Of a stretch of DNA of 58,174 bases, positions 39,068 through 52,508 are shown one piece after another (positions within the stretch are counted from its first letter, which is position 1; each line of letters starts with the position of its first letter). The stretch comes from a candidate division NPL-UPA2 bacterium Unc8 (GTDB lineage Bacteria > NPL-UPA2), in contig NDHY01000006.1 in assembly GCA_003574845.1 (NCBI GenBank), forward strand, positions 1-58,174, read 5' to 3'. A program made the position numbers and the translations under genes. Below the pieces are notes generated by a model. The model was not told the origin of the DNA, ran no database searches, and worked only from the letters and a program-made list of their open reading frames with translations.

Positions 39068-40157
39068 ATGTCATATTTACCGGTCATTGCAGTGCTGGCA
39101 CCGATGCTGTTGGGCATTGTGGTGTACTATGTCGGGGGAAAGTCCGAAAAGGCGAGAGACATCCTCTCCATCGCCACCTGTGTGGGGTCTTTTCTGGCCG
39201 TCGCGGCAATGGCTCCTGCCGTCCTCGGTGGCAAGGTTATCGAATTCGTGCTGGTCTCCGGGGAGATTGCCCCCGTCGAAATCGCCTTCAGGGTGGACCA
39301 GCTCAGCTTGACTATAGCTCTGATGTGTTATCGGTGCCGCGTGCAAGGCAGGCATCTTTCCGGTGCATGTCTGGCTGCCAGTGGCACACCCAATAGCGCC
39401 CTCTCCGGCGAGCGCCATACTCTCCGGGGTGCTGGTCAAAGAGGGTTGCTATCTCATGATACGGGTAATCTACGATGTGTTTGGAGCGGACCTGGTGGCC
39501 ACGACTGGCCTCCACGTCGCTCTGGCGATACTCGCCGGATTTACCATGCTCTTTGGCGCGGCAGTGGCCATCAAACAGACTGATCTAAAGACCATGCTGG
39601 GCTACTCGACCATTGCACAGATGGGATAGATCTTCCTGGGGATGTCATTCCTTACCATGAGCGGACTGCAGGGAGCGATAGTGCACATTATCCACCACTC
39701 GATGATGAAAAGCGCCTTGTTCCTCGCTGCAGGGGCGATCATCTACAAGACCGGAATCAGGGGGATCGATAAGATGGCCGGGATTGGGAAGAAGATGCCG
39801 GTTACGATGTTAGTGTTCAGCATAGCGGCGCTCTCGATGATGGGGATACCGCCCCTGGCCGGCTTTATCAGCAAATGGACGCTTGCCATGGGCGCCCTGG
39901 AGACGGGAGAGCCGGTATTCATGGTATCCATCTTGCTGTTGATCCTGAGCGGTATTATGAACGCCATCTATTTCGTGCCCATCATCATCAAGGCCTACTT
40001 TGGCGCCAACGAATATGAGGGAGGATATGATGATGCGCCTCCCTCAATGTTGCTGCCAATGATGATACTGGCACTGGGGATTATCATATTCGGCATATTT
40101 ACCAACCTGAGCTTCTCCGCCATAATTCCTGCAGCCAGGGCATTACTGGAGCCGTAA
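39068..40157 (+). pseudogene. Second MrpD-like subunit with internal deletion, frameshift and nonsense codon
   Basis: After RVDQLSLTIALM the sequence jumps out of frame (about 39325) to VIGAACKAGIFPVHVWLP; TAG at 39627-39629 in QMG*IFLG; C-terminal half is intact. Confidence 0.85.
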
Positions 40158-42010
40158 TGGGAGCGATTCATCCGGCGGTCATATTCTTTGTCGGGGCGGC
40201 CCTCATACCATTCTTCAAGGGGACGGGCCAGAGGATCTTCGTAGTGGGTGTGGCTCTGGCCGCCTTTGTCTATATGCTATTTATCGAGCCACAAATAGGG
40301 TGGAGGTTTTCCTTTTTAGGGTTCAATGTCGTTCTCCTCAATGCCGATAGATTAAGCCTCTTTGTGGGACATATCTTCACCCTCATCGGGCTGCTGATTA
40401 TTCTCTACTCTATTCACGTCAAAGAAAATGAACATCATATTTTCTCTTTCCTCTACATTGGCAGTTCGCTGGGTGTGGTGTTTGCGGGTGACTTCTTCAC
40501 CTTCTTCATTTTCTGGGAGATGCTGGCGGTTACCGCAGCTATTCTCATATGGCTTAAGAAGGACGAGAGATCGCTGGGGGCAGGATTCAGGTACCTCATA
40601 ATGCATCTTATCGGCGGGGGCATTCTGCTCATGGGGATATTGCTGCATTTCTTGGCCACAGGCTCAATGGAGATCGGTGGGTTAACCGGAGTGCCGTTTG
40701 CCCTTATCCTGATAGGCATCGGATTTAAGGCCACCTTCATCCCATTCCATACCTGGTTGCCAGATGCCTATCCCAAAACCTCCTTCACCGTCAGCGTCCT
40801 CCTGAGCGTCTTCACCACCAAAGCCGGCGTGTATGCCCTGGCGAGGTTATTCCCCGGGATTGAGATAGTGGCCTATATGGGGGGAGTCATGGCTCTCTAC
40901 GGAGTTATCTTCGCCTTACTCCAGAGCAATGCCCGGAAATTGTTATCGTATCACATCATCAGCCAGGTCGGTTACATGGTGGCCGGTGTGGGAATGGGAA
41001 CCGCCATGGGCGTAGATGGGGGACTGTCCCACGTCTGGAATCACATATTATACAAATCATTGCTGTTCATGTGCATCGGGGCGGTAATCTATCGAACAGA
41101 AAAGAATGATCTCACCGAACTGGGAGGGCTGGCCAGGAAGATGCCCATAACCACGATCGCTTGCATCATCGCCGCCCTCTCTATCGCTGGTGTGCCTCCG
41201 TTCAACGGGTTCGTGAGCAAAGCGATGGTATACAAAGCCGCCGATTACCATGATGTGTTATATTGGATGCTGAAACTGGCATCGGTGGGGACCTTCCTAT
41301 CCTTTTGTAAGTTCACCTACTTTGGATTTCTGAGAAAAAAGGAAATCGAAGCCAGGGAAGCTCCCCTCACGATGACTATCCCCATGATCATCGTCGCTTT
41401 CTTATGCGTTCTGGGAGGTGTTTACCCGAATTTGCTGGGGAACATTCTCCCATATCAGAGCGAGCTCCATGTGTATACGCTAGGCAAACTGACCGACACC
41501 ATGCTACTCTTAGGGGTGTCCGGAGCAATATTCCTCTTCGCTAGAAGGCTCTTTGAGCCTCACGAGAGAGAGAGCCCCGACTTTGATTACCTCTACATAA
41601 GAGTGGCCGGCGGCTTCATGTGGTTTTGCAGGAATCCGGTCTCCTCCTTTGGCAGTTTGATAGATCTGGCTTATGCAAGAGTGGCAAAGGGCTTCATCTG
41701 GTTTTGCAGGAATCCTGTCTCATCCCTGGCGGCTGGTGTGGATCTGATGTTTGCCCGGGTTGCCCGAATACTGGTGGGGACGGATAGATATTCACCGATG
41801 ATAGCCGCTGCACGTCTGGCACACTGGATGGACCGGCTATCCCTGGCAGCGGAAAAAGCGGCCGCGCGTGGAGAGGAAAGAAGGAAAATGGTCACACAGG
41901 GGCAAACGAAGGTCGATGTCAGAAGCATAGACTCAGCCCTGTTCCTGGTGGCGGTAATGTTATTAATATTTCTGGTATATATGACACTGGTGTATATTTT
42001 GGCGGGTTAA
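40157..42010 (+). CDS. Third MrpD/MrpA-like antiporter subunit
   Basis: GDFFTFFIFWE, PFHTWLPDAYP, RKLLSYHIISQVG and GVPPFNGFVSK motifs; long C-terminal extension. Confidence 0.85.
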   Translation: MGAIHPAVIFFVGAALIPFFKGTGQRIFVVGVALAAFVYMLFIEPQIGWRFSFLGFNVVLLNADRLSLFVGHIFTLIGLLIILYSIHVKENEHHIFSFLYIGSSLGVVFAGDFFTFFIFWEMLAVTAAILIWLKKDERSLGAGFRYLIMHLIGGGILLMGILLHFLATGSMEIGGLTGVPFALILIGIGFKATFIPFHTWLPDAYPKTSFTVSVLLSVFTTKAGVYALARLFPGIEIVAYMGGVMALYGVIFALLQSNARKLLSYHIISQVGYMVAGVGMGTAMGVDGGLSHVWNHILYKSLLFMCIGAVIYRTEKNDLTELGGLARKMPITTIACIIAALSIAGVPPFNGFVSKAMVYKAADYHDVLYWMLKLASVGTFLSFCKFTYFGFLRKKEIEAREAPLTMTIPMIIVAFLCVLGGVYPNLLGNILPYQSELHVYTLGKLTDTMLLLGVSGAIFLFARRLFEPHERESPDFDYLYIRVAGGFMWFCRNPVSSFGSLIDLAYARVAKGFIWFCRNPVSSLAAGVDLMFARVARILVGTDRYSPMIAAARLAHWMDRLSLAAEKAAARGEERRKMVTQGQTKVDVRSIDSALFLVAVMLLIFLVYMTLVYILAG

Positions 42011-42027
42011 CAAAGGAGGGCATTGAT

Positions 42028-42765
42028 GTGTCGCGCTTTCATTACTGGTCAATGGTGGGAAGCAACGTCTGGTTAGCTATTCTCGCCGGGTACTTGAATG
42101 CATTCTCTACTGTGGCGCTTCTTTTTGAAAGGTCAGCTCACATGAGTGGACGAGCTACTGATTTGGGAAGGGGCTTTATGGCTTTTTTTGTGCTCACTGA
42201 TGCTGCCGAGAGAACCAGGCTTTTTGAGGAAGCTGTGATTATTCTCATAATTACGGCTTCTTTTCTTGCCGGCGCCATACTTGGAGCTAAACTTATGCGA
42301 ACTATTGGGCTGGGAAAAACCATTATGATGATTGGAGTTTTCATTGGCGTTTCCTCTATAATGGTACTTATAGGACTCCCATCAGGGGTAATAAATGTTT
42401 TCAGCCTTGAAAGGTCCCTTTGGGCAATTCTATTGTGTATTCCCATGGGGATACAGAACGCCGCCACCAGTGTTACCTCTATGGGGCGATCTACCCATGT
42501 AACAGGTACTCTAACCGACTTGGGCATTTCTATAGCCGAGGGAACCTATAAGAAAACAATTCACTTATCTTGCCGCTGGGGAGGCTTTGTAGGAGGAAGC
42601 GGTATCGGGCTGGGTATCTTTCTTGCCGTCCCTTCCCTCTCTACCCAATTACTAATCCTGGCCCTATGCGCTCTTTTAACCGGTGCTTTCTTTGCTCATC
42701 CTGCTGTAAGGAGAAAGCTGGGCACAGTACTCCAGTTCCAGGAGCCATTAGCAACGGCAATTTAA
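42028..42765 (+). CDS. DUF1275/YoaK family membrane protein
   Basis: AGYLNA, AHMSG, MGIQNA and THVTGTLTDLG motifs. Confidence 0.8.
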   Translation: MSRFHYWSMVGSNVWLAILAGYLNAFSTVALLFERSAHMSGRATDLGRGFMAFFVLTDAAERTRLFEEAVIILIITASFLAGAILGAKLMRTIGLGKTIMMIGVFIGVSSIMVLIGLPSGVINVFSLERSLWAILLCIPMGIQNAATSVTSMGRSTHVTGTLTDLGISIAEGTYKKTIHLSCRWGGFVGGSGIGLGIFLAVPSLSTQLLILALCALLTGAFFAHPAVRRKLGTVLQFQEPLATAI

Positions 42766-42777
42766 CATATGTTGGTT

Positions 42778-42806
42778 TTGACAATAAGAGGAATATGCAG
42801 TATAAT
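42778..42806 (+). promoter_or_regulatory. Consensus sigma70 promoter for tRNA-amrA-tatD
   Basis: TTGACA-N17-TATAAT, exact consensus. Confidence 0.8.
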
Positions 42807-42854
42807 TATAACCGCTGACGGGGGTCAGGGTTCACGGATCGGCAAAGGGAAAAA

Positions 42855-42960
42855 AGGCACAGAGGCACAAAGATAAATTCAAAAATCAAAAGTCAAAATT
42901 ACAATGCAAAATTAACTTTTAACTTGCACTTTTGCCTTTTGACTTTTAACTTTTGAATTA
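42855..42960. repeat. AGGCACAGAGGCACAAAG plus an A-rich/T-rich inverted heptamer element
   Basis: 18-mer identical to 15624-15641; AATTCAAAA..AAAAGTCAAAA pair with TTTTGACTTTT..TTTTGAATT. Confidence 0.75.
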
Positions 42961-42995
42961 GTTCTTAAACTGGTGGCTGGTGCACTGGTGATGAT

Positions 42996-43069
42996 GGCGG
43001 TGTAGCTCAGTTGGTTAGAGCAGCGGAATCATAATCCGCGTGTCCGGGGTTCGAGTCCCTGCACCGCCA
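42996..43069 (+). tRNA. tRNA-Met (CAT), probably elongator; CCA not encoded
   Basis: Acceptor stem GGCGGTG/CACCGCC, D-arm GCTC/GAGC, anticodon arm GCGGA-ATCATAA-TCCGC, T-loop TTCGAGT. Confidence 0.92.
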
Positions 43070-43114
43070 TAGGCTGAAGGCAGAAGACTGTTAGGCTGAG
43101 GAAGAGGAAATTAG

Positions 43115-43672
43115 ATGGAGTTTAAGCCACTTAATAAGTCAGCTCAGGAAGAGTTATTATCAATTGCTCGTTTCTCCATCACAAGCTATGTCCTGGATGG
43201 AAAAATTCCTCTCTTTGAAGCGAAAGAGCCAGCGCTCAGTGAGAGGAGAGGCGTGTTTGTAACCATTATTAGCAGGGGAAACCTGAGAGGATGCATTGGG
43301 CAACATGAGTCGGACATTCCTCTTTGTCAACTGACAGCTCAAATGGCAGTAGCTGCCGCCTGCGATGACCCACGTTTTCCTCCTGTGATGAAAGAGGAGT
43401 TTGGTGAGATTAAAATAAAAATATCTGTATATCTTATGCCTCCGACTAAAATCAAGAACATTAATGAGTTTGAGATTGGAAGAGACGGAGTTATTATCAA
43501 GAAGGATGACTATTCAGCTACCTATCTCCCTGAGGTTGCCCTTGAGCAGGGTTGGGGGCGTCAGGAAATGTTGAGCAATCTTTGCCTGAAGGCAGGACTT
43601 GCTCCTGATGCCTGGCAGGAAGAAATAGAGCTATTTATCTACCGCACTCAGATGCTTGAGGAACAATTTTAA
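43115..43672 (+). CDS. amrA: AmmeMemoRadiSam system protein A (AMMECR1 domain)
   Basis: GVFVT, LRGCIG, DPRFPP, YLPEVA and LCLKAGL motifs. Confidence 0.9.
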   Translation: MEFKPLNKSAQEELLSIARFSITSYVLDGKIPLFEAKEPALSERRGVFVTIISRGNLRGCIGQHESDIPLCQLTAQMAVAAACDDPRFPPVMKEEFGEIKIKISVYLMPPTKIKNINEFEIGRDGVIIKKDDYSATYLPEVALEQGWGRQEMLSNLCLKAGLAPDAWQEEIELFIYRTQMLEEQF

Positions 43673-43712
43673 TGCTGAATGCTGAATGCTGAATGCTGAG
43701 CGCTGAAGGCTA
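43671..43712. repeat. (AATGCTG)4 heptamer array plus two degenerate units
   Basis: Fills the whole amrA-tatD intergenic space. Confidence 0.85.
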
Positions 43713-43714
43713 AT

Positions 43715-45082
43715 ATGTTTATAGACACCCATTGCCATCTGGATTTTGACCAGTTTAGTGCTGATAGAGAGAAGGTAATCGCCAGGGCACGAGAGGAAAA
43801 CATTAAAGCGATTATTAATGTGGGGACAAGCCTTGAAGGGAGCCGCCGCTCTATTCAGTTAGCAGAAAAACACGCTCTCGTCTATGCTGCCGTGGGTATT
43901 CATCCTCATGAAGCAGAGAGGTTCCCGGCGGAGAGCTGGGAAAAGATTGAAAGATTAGTGCAGGAGGATAAGGTAGTTGCGGTTGGAGAGACAGGACTTG
44001 ATTATTTTCGTAATTACTCTTCTCACACCAGCCAGAAAGAGCTCTTCAGGAAACAGATAAAATTAGCCATAGAAGCAGACCTTCCTCTCATTGTGCACAG
44101 TCGCGAGGCTGATGATGAGACCCTTGGCATTCTAAGAGAGGAAGGGGCTTGCCGGGGAGTGCTCCACTGTTTCTCATCCACGAGGGAGGTGGCAGCGGAT
44201 TGCCTCCAGCTTGGATTTTATATCTCTATTGCCGGGCAGGTGACTTACCCTGCTGCCAAGCAGTTAAGGGAAGTCATTTTGAGGATTCCCACTAACAGGC
44301 TTTTGATTGAAACCGATGCCCCTTTTCTCACCCCGGAACAGTTGAGGGGTGGGCGTAATGAGCCTGCTCTCATCAAGTACACCGCGGCTGAGTTAGCGCA
44401 GCTATATGGTCTGAGTCTCGGTGATATCGCTCGCGTGACCACCCTCAATGCACAGCAGTTATTTGGAATTGGAAAGAAGCAATCTGGCAAGATTGCTTAT
44501 CCAATCAGGGACTCTCTCTATCTTAACATTACGAATCGCTGTACAAATAACTGCGTCTTCTGTGTCCGGCGAATTACCGACTTTGTCTGTGGACACAATC
44601 TGAAATTGAGCCATGAGCCAACACAAGATGAAATCATCCAGTCAATTACTAATTCTGCTTCCTATAAAGAGGTCGTCTTCTGTGGATACGGCGAGCCTCT
44701 AATAAGACTTGATGAAGTTCTCTATGTTTCTCGTTACTTGAGAGAGCGCAATATCCCCGTAAGAATAGTGACAAATGGGCACGGAAATCTCATCCATCGG
44801 CGAAATATAGTTCCGGAGCTTGCCTGGATGGTCTCGGCAATTTCAATAAGCTTAAATGCAGAGAATAAAGAAAAGTATCTCTCCATTTGCTGCCCACAGT
44901 CTGGAGAAGGAACATATGAAGAAGTAAGAAAATTTATTTTAGAGTGCAAGAAATATATCTCTCGCGTTGAAGTAACCGCACTGGATATGGATGGGGTAAG
45001 TATTACAGAGTGCGAGAGGATCGCCAGAGATGAATTAGGAGTAGAGTTCAGAGAACGCAGATATAATCATCCTGGTTCTTGA
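43715..45082 (+). CDS. tatD: TatD nuclease fused to TatD-associated radical SAM domain
   Basis: DTHCHL, GIHPH, GETGLD, HSREA and ETDAPFL, then YLNITNRCTNNCVFC and FCGYGEP. Confidence 0.9.
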   Translation: MFIDTHCHLDFDQFSADREKVIARAREENIKAIINVGTSLEGSRRSIQLAEKHALVYAAVGIHPHEAERFPAESWEKIERLVQEDKVVAVGETGLDYFRNYSSHTSQKELFRKQIKLAIEADLPLIVHSREADDETLGILREEGACRGVLHCFSSTREVAADCLQLGFYISIAGQVTYPAAKQLREVILRIPTNRLLIETDAPFLTPEQLRGGRNEPALIKYTAAELAQLYGLSLGDIARVTTLNAQQLFGIGKKQSGKIAYPIRDSLYLNITNRCTNNCVFCVRRITDFVCGHNLKLSHEPTQDEIIQSITNSASYKEVVFCGYGEPLIRLDEVLYVSRYLRERNIPVRIVTNGHGNLIHRRNIVPELAWMVSAISISLNAENKEKYLSICCPQSGEGTYEEVRKFILECKKYISRVEVTALDMDGVSITECERIARDELGVEFRERRYNHPGS

Positions 45083-45345
45083 GTTGTTGGGGATGCCTCT
45101 TCTATGATGACGGGGGCAGGGCGGGCGACAAAGAAGGTAAGAAAGAGAGTGGTGATAAGAAAAATAACCCCAAGCGTTGTGGTCAGACGGGTAAGAAATG
45201 TAATTGTTCCTACGCCAAAGAGACTCTGGCTTCCCTCTCCTCCAAGAGCAGAAATAAAACCTCCTCCTCTTCCTGGCTGAAGCAGAACAACAGCAATCAG
45301 GAGTACACTTACCAGGACATGAATAACGAGAATAGCAGCCATCAT
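45067..45345 (-). CDS. secG: Preprotein translocase subunit SecG
   Basis: VLLQPGRGGG..SLFG..FLTRLT; downstream of tpiA. Confidence 0.9.
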   Translation of the reverse strand: MMAAILVIHVLVSVLLIAVVLLQPGRGGGFISALGGEGSQSLFGVGTITFLTRLTTTLGVIFLITTLFLTFFVARPAPVIIEEASPTTQEPG

Positions 45346-46100
45346 TTTACACTCCTAACAATGATTTGAGAGAAGGAGTCAGCCTTCAGGCTTGCTCCTC
45401 CTACGAGTACTCCTGAAATCTCAGACTCATCTAACAGGGAGGATATGTTCTCAGGAGTAACGCTTCCTCCATAAATAACTCTTGTTGACGAAGAAATATT
45501 CTTGCCATAGATTTTATCAAGAAGTTCATAAATAAGCAAGTGTATTTCTTTTGCCTCATTCGTGGTGGCTACCTTGCCAGTTCCGATTGCCCATACCGGT
45601 TCATAGGCAATTACTACTCCTTGCATTTCCTCTTTACTGATTTCATTTAGTCCTTCTCTGAGATGATCTTCAACGACCCGGAAAGCTTCTCCGTTTTCAC
45701 GCTCGGTCAGTCCCTCGCCAATGCAGAGAATTGGAATAAGCTCCACATTCAGGGCAGACCTCAGTTTTTTATTAACAGTCTCGTTTGTTTCCCCGAAATA
45801 TTTCCTTCTTTCGGAGTGACCAATAATCACATATTTACACCCTGCCTCCTTGAGCATTGCTGCCGAGACTTCTCCGGTGTAGGCGCCGCTATCTTCCCAG
45901 TAAACATTCTGGGCTCCAAGTATTATGTTGCTGCCGCTGGTAATATTATAAACAGCTGCCAGTGCGGTAAACGGCGGGCAGAGAACAAGGTCAACCTCGT
46001 TTGCTGCTCCTACATTTTTCTGCAGTGCCCTAACAAAGATAGCAGCTTCAGCGGGGGTTTTATTCATTTTCCAGTTTCCCACAATTAACTTCTTCTGCAT
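45342..46100 (-). CDS. tpiA: Triosephosphate isomerase
   Basis: GNWKMN, GHSERR, AYEPVWAIGTG and YGGSV motifs. Confidence 0.97.
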   Translation of the reverse strand: MQKKLIVGNWKMNKTPAEAAIFVRALQKNVGAANEVDLVLCPPFTALAAVYNITSGSNIILGAQNVYWEDSGAYTGEVSAAMLKEAGCKYVIIGHSERRKYFGETNETVNKKLRSALNVELIPILCIGEGLTERENGEAFRVVEDHLREGLNEISKEEMQGVVIAYEPVWAIGTGKVATTNEAKEIHLLIYELLDKIYGKNISSSTRVIYGGSVTPENISSLLDESEISGVLVGGASLKADSFSQIIVRSVK

Positions 46101-46123
46101 GTTATGTCCTTTTTGCTTTAGTA

Positions 46124-49598
<3,475 letters not shown>

Positions 49599-49619
49599 TG
49601 CATTATTCTTTTGCTCCTG

Positions 49620-49648
49620 ATGTTAACATCTCTCTCCTAATAGGTCAA
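49620..49648 (-). promoter_or_regulatory. Sigma70-type promoter of the DUF1015-gap operon
   Basis: Minus strand TTGACC-N17-TAACAT with extended -10 TG. Confidence 0.55.
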
Positions 49649-49690
49649 GAGCTTTAGGGGTCGTTGTCTTGACACAAGCAGTTTAAATGT

Positions 49691-49719
49691 TTGACCTTTT
49701 ATTATATGCATGATAAGAT
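49691..49719 (+). promoter_or_regulatory. Sigma70-type promoter of the pyr operon
   Basis: TTGACC-N17-TAAGAT with extended -10 TG. Confidence 0.55.
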
Positions 49720-49730
49720 AACTTTTTACT

Positions 49731-50270
49731 ATGATTAAAAAAAGACTGAGAATAATGGGAGAGATAGAAATAGAGAAAGCTCTTCGCCATCTCTCTCATA
49801 TGATAATGAGGGATGTATCCCACGAGGAGCTTGCCTTAATCGGAATCAGAACCAGAGGAGAACACTTAGCAACAAGAATAAAGAAAATAATAAGTGAGAC
49901 TTCTTCATTCCCTATCCCTATGGGTATTCTTGATATTACCCTTTACCGCGACGACCTTACTATGATTGCCCCCCATCCTATTGTGCGCAAAACCGAAATT
50001 CCATTTGATATAACGAAAAAAGCTATCGTTTTAATAGATGATGTGCTCTTTACCGGGCGCACAGTGCGGGCGGCGCTGGATGCGCTGATTGACCTTGGTC
50101 GTCCCCGCTGCATTCGGCTGGCTGTTCTTGTTGATAGAGGAAGCCGCGAGCTTCCCATTCAGGCTGATTATACAGGAAAGAAGACAGTAATTTCTGCAAC
50201 TGAAATGATTGAGGTAAAGCTAAAAGAGACGGATGGGTATGATGAAACAGCAATCGTTACCAGAGCATAA
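49731..50270 (+). CDS. pyrR: PyrR regulator/uracil phosphoribosyltransferase
   Basis: [28 protein letters not shown] and DRGSRELPI motifs. Confidence 0.95.
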   Translation: MIKKRLRIMGEIEIEKALRHLSHMIMRDVSHEELALIGIRTRGEHLATRIKKIISETSSFPIPMGILDITLYRDDLTMIAPHPIVRKTEIPFDITKKAIVLIDDVLFTGRTVRAALDALIDLGRPRCIRLAVLVDRGSRELPIQADYTGKKTVISATEMIEVKLKETDGYDETAIVTRA

Positions 50271-51204
50271 ATCTGTGGAGTGGAAAAGGAAAGATATTTT
50301 AGGACTGGAGGAGCTCACTGCCCGGGAAATTGAGTTTATCCTTGAGACCGCAGAATCCTTCAGGGAGGTAAGCCTGCGTCCGATTAGAAAAGTTCCTGCT
50401 CTTAGGGGAAAAACCATTATCACACTTTTCTTTGAACCAAGCACAAGAACCCGAATGTCGTTTGAACTGGCGGCAAAGAGGCTTTCCGCGGACACCGCAA
50501 ACATATCTTCTTCTACCTCAAGTGTAGTTAAAGGAGAGACTCTCAAGGATACCGCAAGAAACATTGAAGCAATGAAAGTTGATGTAATTATTATACGGCA
50601 TAGTATGGCCGGGGCACCACATTTGCTGGCGCGTGAGGTGAGCCCGGGAGTAATCAATGCCGGGGATGGAGCACATGAACATCCAACGCAAGGGCTGATT
50701 GACATTTTCACGATGAAGGAGAAAAAAGGGAAAATCAAGGGGCTTAAGGTTGTGATTATTGGAGATATTGCCCATAGCCGCGTAGCACGTTCTAATATAT
50801 GGGGCTTGCGTAAATTAGGGGCACTTGTCTCGGTTGTTGCTCCTCCAACTCTCATTCCTGCAGAAATAGAGAGAATGGGAGTTAGAGTTTGCCATTCAAT
50901 CAAGGAAGCAATAAGCGACGCGGACGTTATTAATGTGCTCCGCATCCAGCGCGAGAGGCAGAAAGCAGGTTTTTTTCCTTCAATCAGGGAATATCACCAG
51001 CTTTTTGGGATTACCAGAAAAAGCCTTGAATCAGCCCCTTTCGATGTCCTCATTATGCACCCGGGGCCGATAAATCGCGGCGTAGAGCTGGATGGCGATG
51101 TAGCTGATGGACCTTATTCAGTAATTCTTGACCAGGTGACCAATGGGTTGGCAGTGAGAATGGCGGTTCTGTATCTCACCTCAGGAGCAGGCGAGAAAAG
51201 ATGA
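50233..51204 (+). CDS. pyrB: Aspartate carbamoyltransferase catalytic subunit (start may be 50242 or 50275)
   Basis: [15 protein letters not shown] and MHPGPINRG motifs. Confidence 0.97.
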   Translation: MGMMKQQSLPEHKSVEWKRKDILGLEELTAREIEFILETAESFREVSLRPIRKVPALRGKTIITLFFEPSTRTRMSFELAAKRLSADTANISSSTSSVVKGETLKDTARNIEAMKVDVIIIRHSMAGAPHLLAREVSPGVINAGDGAHEHPTQGLIDIFTMKEKKGKIKGLKVVIIGDIAHSRVARSNIWGLRKLGALVSVVAPPTLIPAEIERMGVRVCHSIKEAISDADVINVLRIQRERQKAGFFPSIREYHQLFGITRKSLESAPFDVLIMHPGPINRGVELDGDVADGPYSVILDQVTNGLAVRMAVLYLTSGAGEKR

Positions 51205-52508
51205 AATTATTGCTCAAGGGTGGTCGGGTGATTGACCCGTCAAGGGGAGTAAATAGAGTATCCGACATTCTTATTGATAGAGGTAGAATTGCTGAAATAG
51301 GCAGGAATATACCCCACAAGGGAGAGAGAGTCATTGATGTTAAAGGAAAAATTGTCTCGCCTGGCTTGATTGATATGCACGTCCATCTGCGGGAGCCGGG
51401 AAATGAAGAGGCTGAAACGATTGAGACAGGAACAAGAGCTGCCGCCAGGGGTGGATTTGTGCTCCTTGCCTGCATGCCAAATACTAATCCTACCATTGAT
51501 AACCAGGATACAGTTGCTTTTATCCATTCTATGACTAAAAAGAAGGGAGCTGCCAGGGTGCTTCCAATCGGAAGCATTACAAAGGGGTTGGAAGGTAAAG
51601 AGTTGGCTGAAATGGGAGAGCTTAAAGGAAGTGGTGTCGTTGCTGTTTCAGATGATGGCGGTGTCATTCACAACTGCGATATAATGCGCCATGCCTTAGA
51701 ATATGCAAAGATGCTTGAACTCTTAGTAATCTCACATTGCGAAGACGAAACTCTCAATATTGATGGAGTGATGAACGAGGGGTATTGGGCTACAAGTCTG
51801 GGGCTTGCCGGCACCCCAACTGCCTCGGAGGAAATCGCAGTTGCCCGTAACATTCGCCTCCTGGAACTTTCCGGGGGAGCGCTTCATATTGCTCACCTGA
51901 GCTGTGCAGGGTCTGTATCTCTGGTTAGAGAAGCAAAAAAGAGGGGGATAAATGTAACCTGCGAGACGGCACCGCATTACTTTACTCTAACCGATGAGGC
52001 AATCAAGGAGTACAATACCAATACAAAAGTAAAACCACCCCTGAGGGGAAAGAAGGATGTGGAGGCAATTAAAGAAGGCTTGAGTGACGGGACAATAGAT
52101 GTCATCGCTACCGACCATGCTCCGCATACTCCTGAAGAGAAAGAAGTTGAATATGAGTTAGCTCCTTTTGGAATGATTGGGCTGGAAACAGCCCTGCCGC
52201 TGATTTTAGGATTGACTCGGGAAGGAGTGCTTGATTTAAATGAAGCACTGGCAAAAATAACGAACAATCCGGCTCGCATTCTCAACCTTGATGGAGGAAC
52301 ACTAAAGGTCGGCAGCACTGCTGACATCACTGTTATTGACTTAGAAGAAAAAGTAATAGTAAAAAAAGATAGTTTTCAATCAAAGAGCAGGAATTCTCCT
52401 TTTATTGGCTGGGAACTTCAGGGTATGGCTGTCCTAACCATTTGCGGCGGAAAGATAACTTCAATGTCCGACCAAGTGAAAAATAAATTATGTGGCAGGA
52501 CAAAGTAA
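51201..52508 (+). CDS. pyrC: Dihydroorotase
   Basis: [16 protein letters not shown] and ATDHAPH motifs. Confidence 0.95.
   Translation: MKLLLKGGRVIDPSRGVNRVSDILIDRGRIAEIGRNIPHKGERVIDVKGKIVSPGLIDMHVHLREPGNEEAETIETGTRAAARGGFVLLACMPNTNPTIDNQDTVAFIHSMTKKKGAARVLPIGSITKGLEGKELAEMGELKGSGVVAVSDDGGVIHNCDIMRHALEYAKMLELLVISHCEDETLNIDGVMNEGYWATSLGLAGTPTASEEIAVARNIRLLELSGGALHIAHLSCAGSVSLVREAKKRGINVTCETAPHYFTLTDEAIKEYNTNTKVKPPLRGKKDVEAIKEGLSDGTIDVIATDHAPHTPEEKEVEYELAPFGMIGLETALPLILGLTREGVLDLNEALAKITNNPARILNLDGGTLKVGSTADITVIDLEEKVIVKKDSFQSKSRNSPFIGWELQGMAVLTICGGKITSMSDQVKNKLCGRTK

Noticed and set aside
34856-42010. Membrane-bound [NiFe] hydrogenase (Mbh/Ech)
   Set aside because: No large or small hydrogenase, NuoH-like or ferredoxin subunits are in the cluster.
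42996-43069. Initiator tRNA-fMet, or a tRNA-anchored integrated element
   Set aside because: G1-C72 is paired and the anticodon stem lacks three consecutive G-C pairs. No integrase or duplicated tRNA 3' end was seen. Ile2 is not fully excluded.
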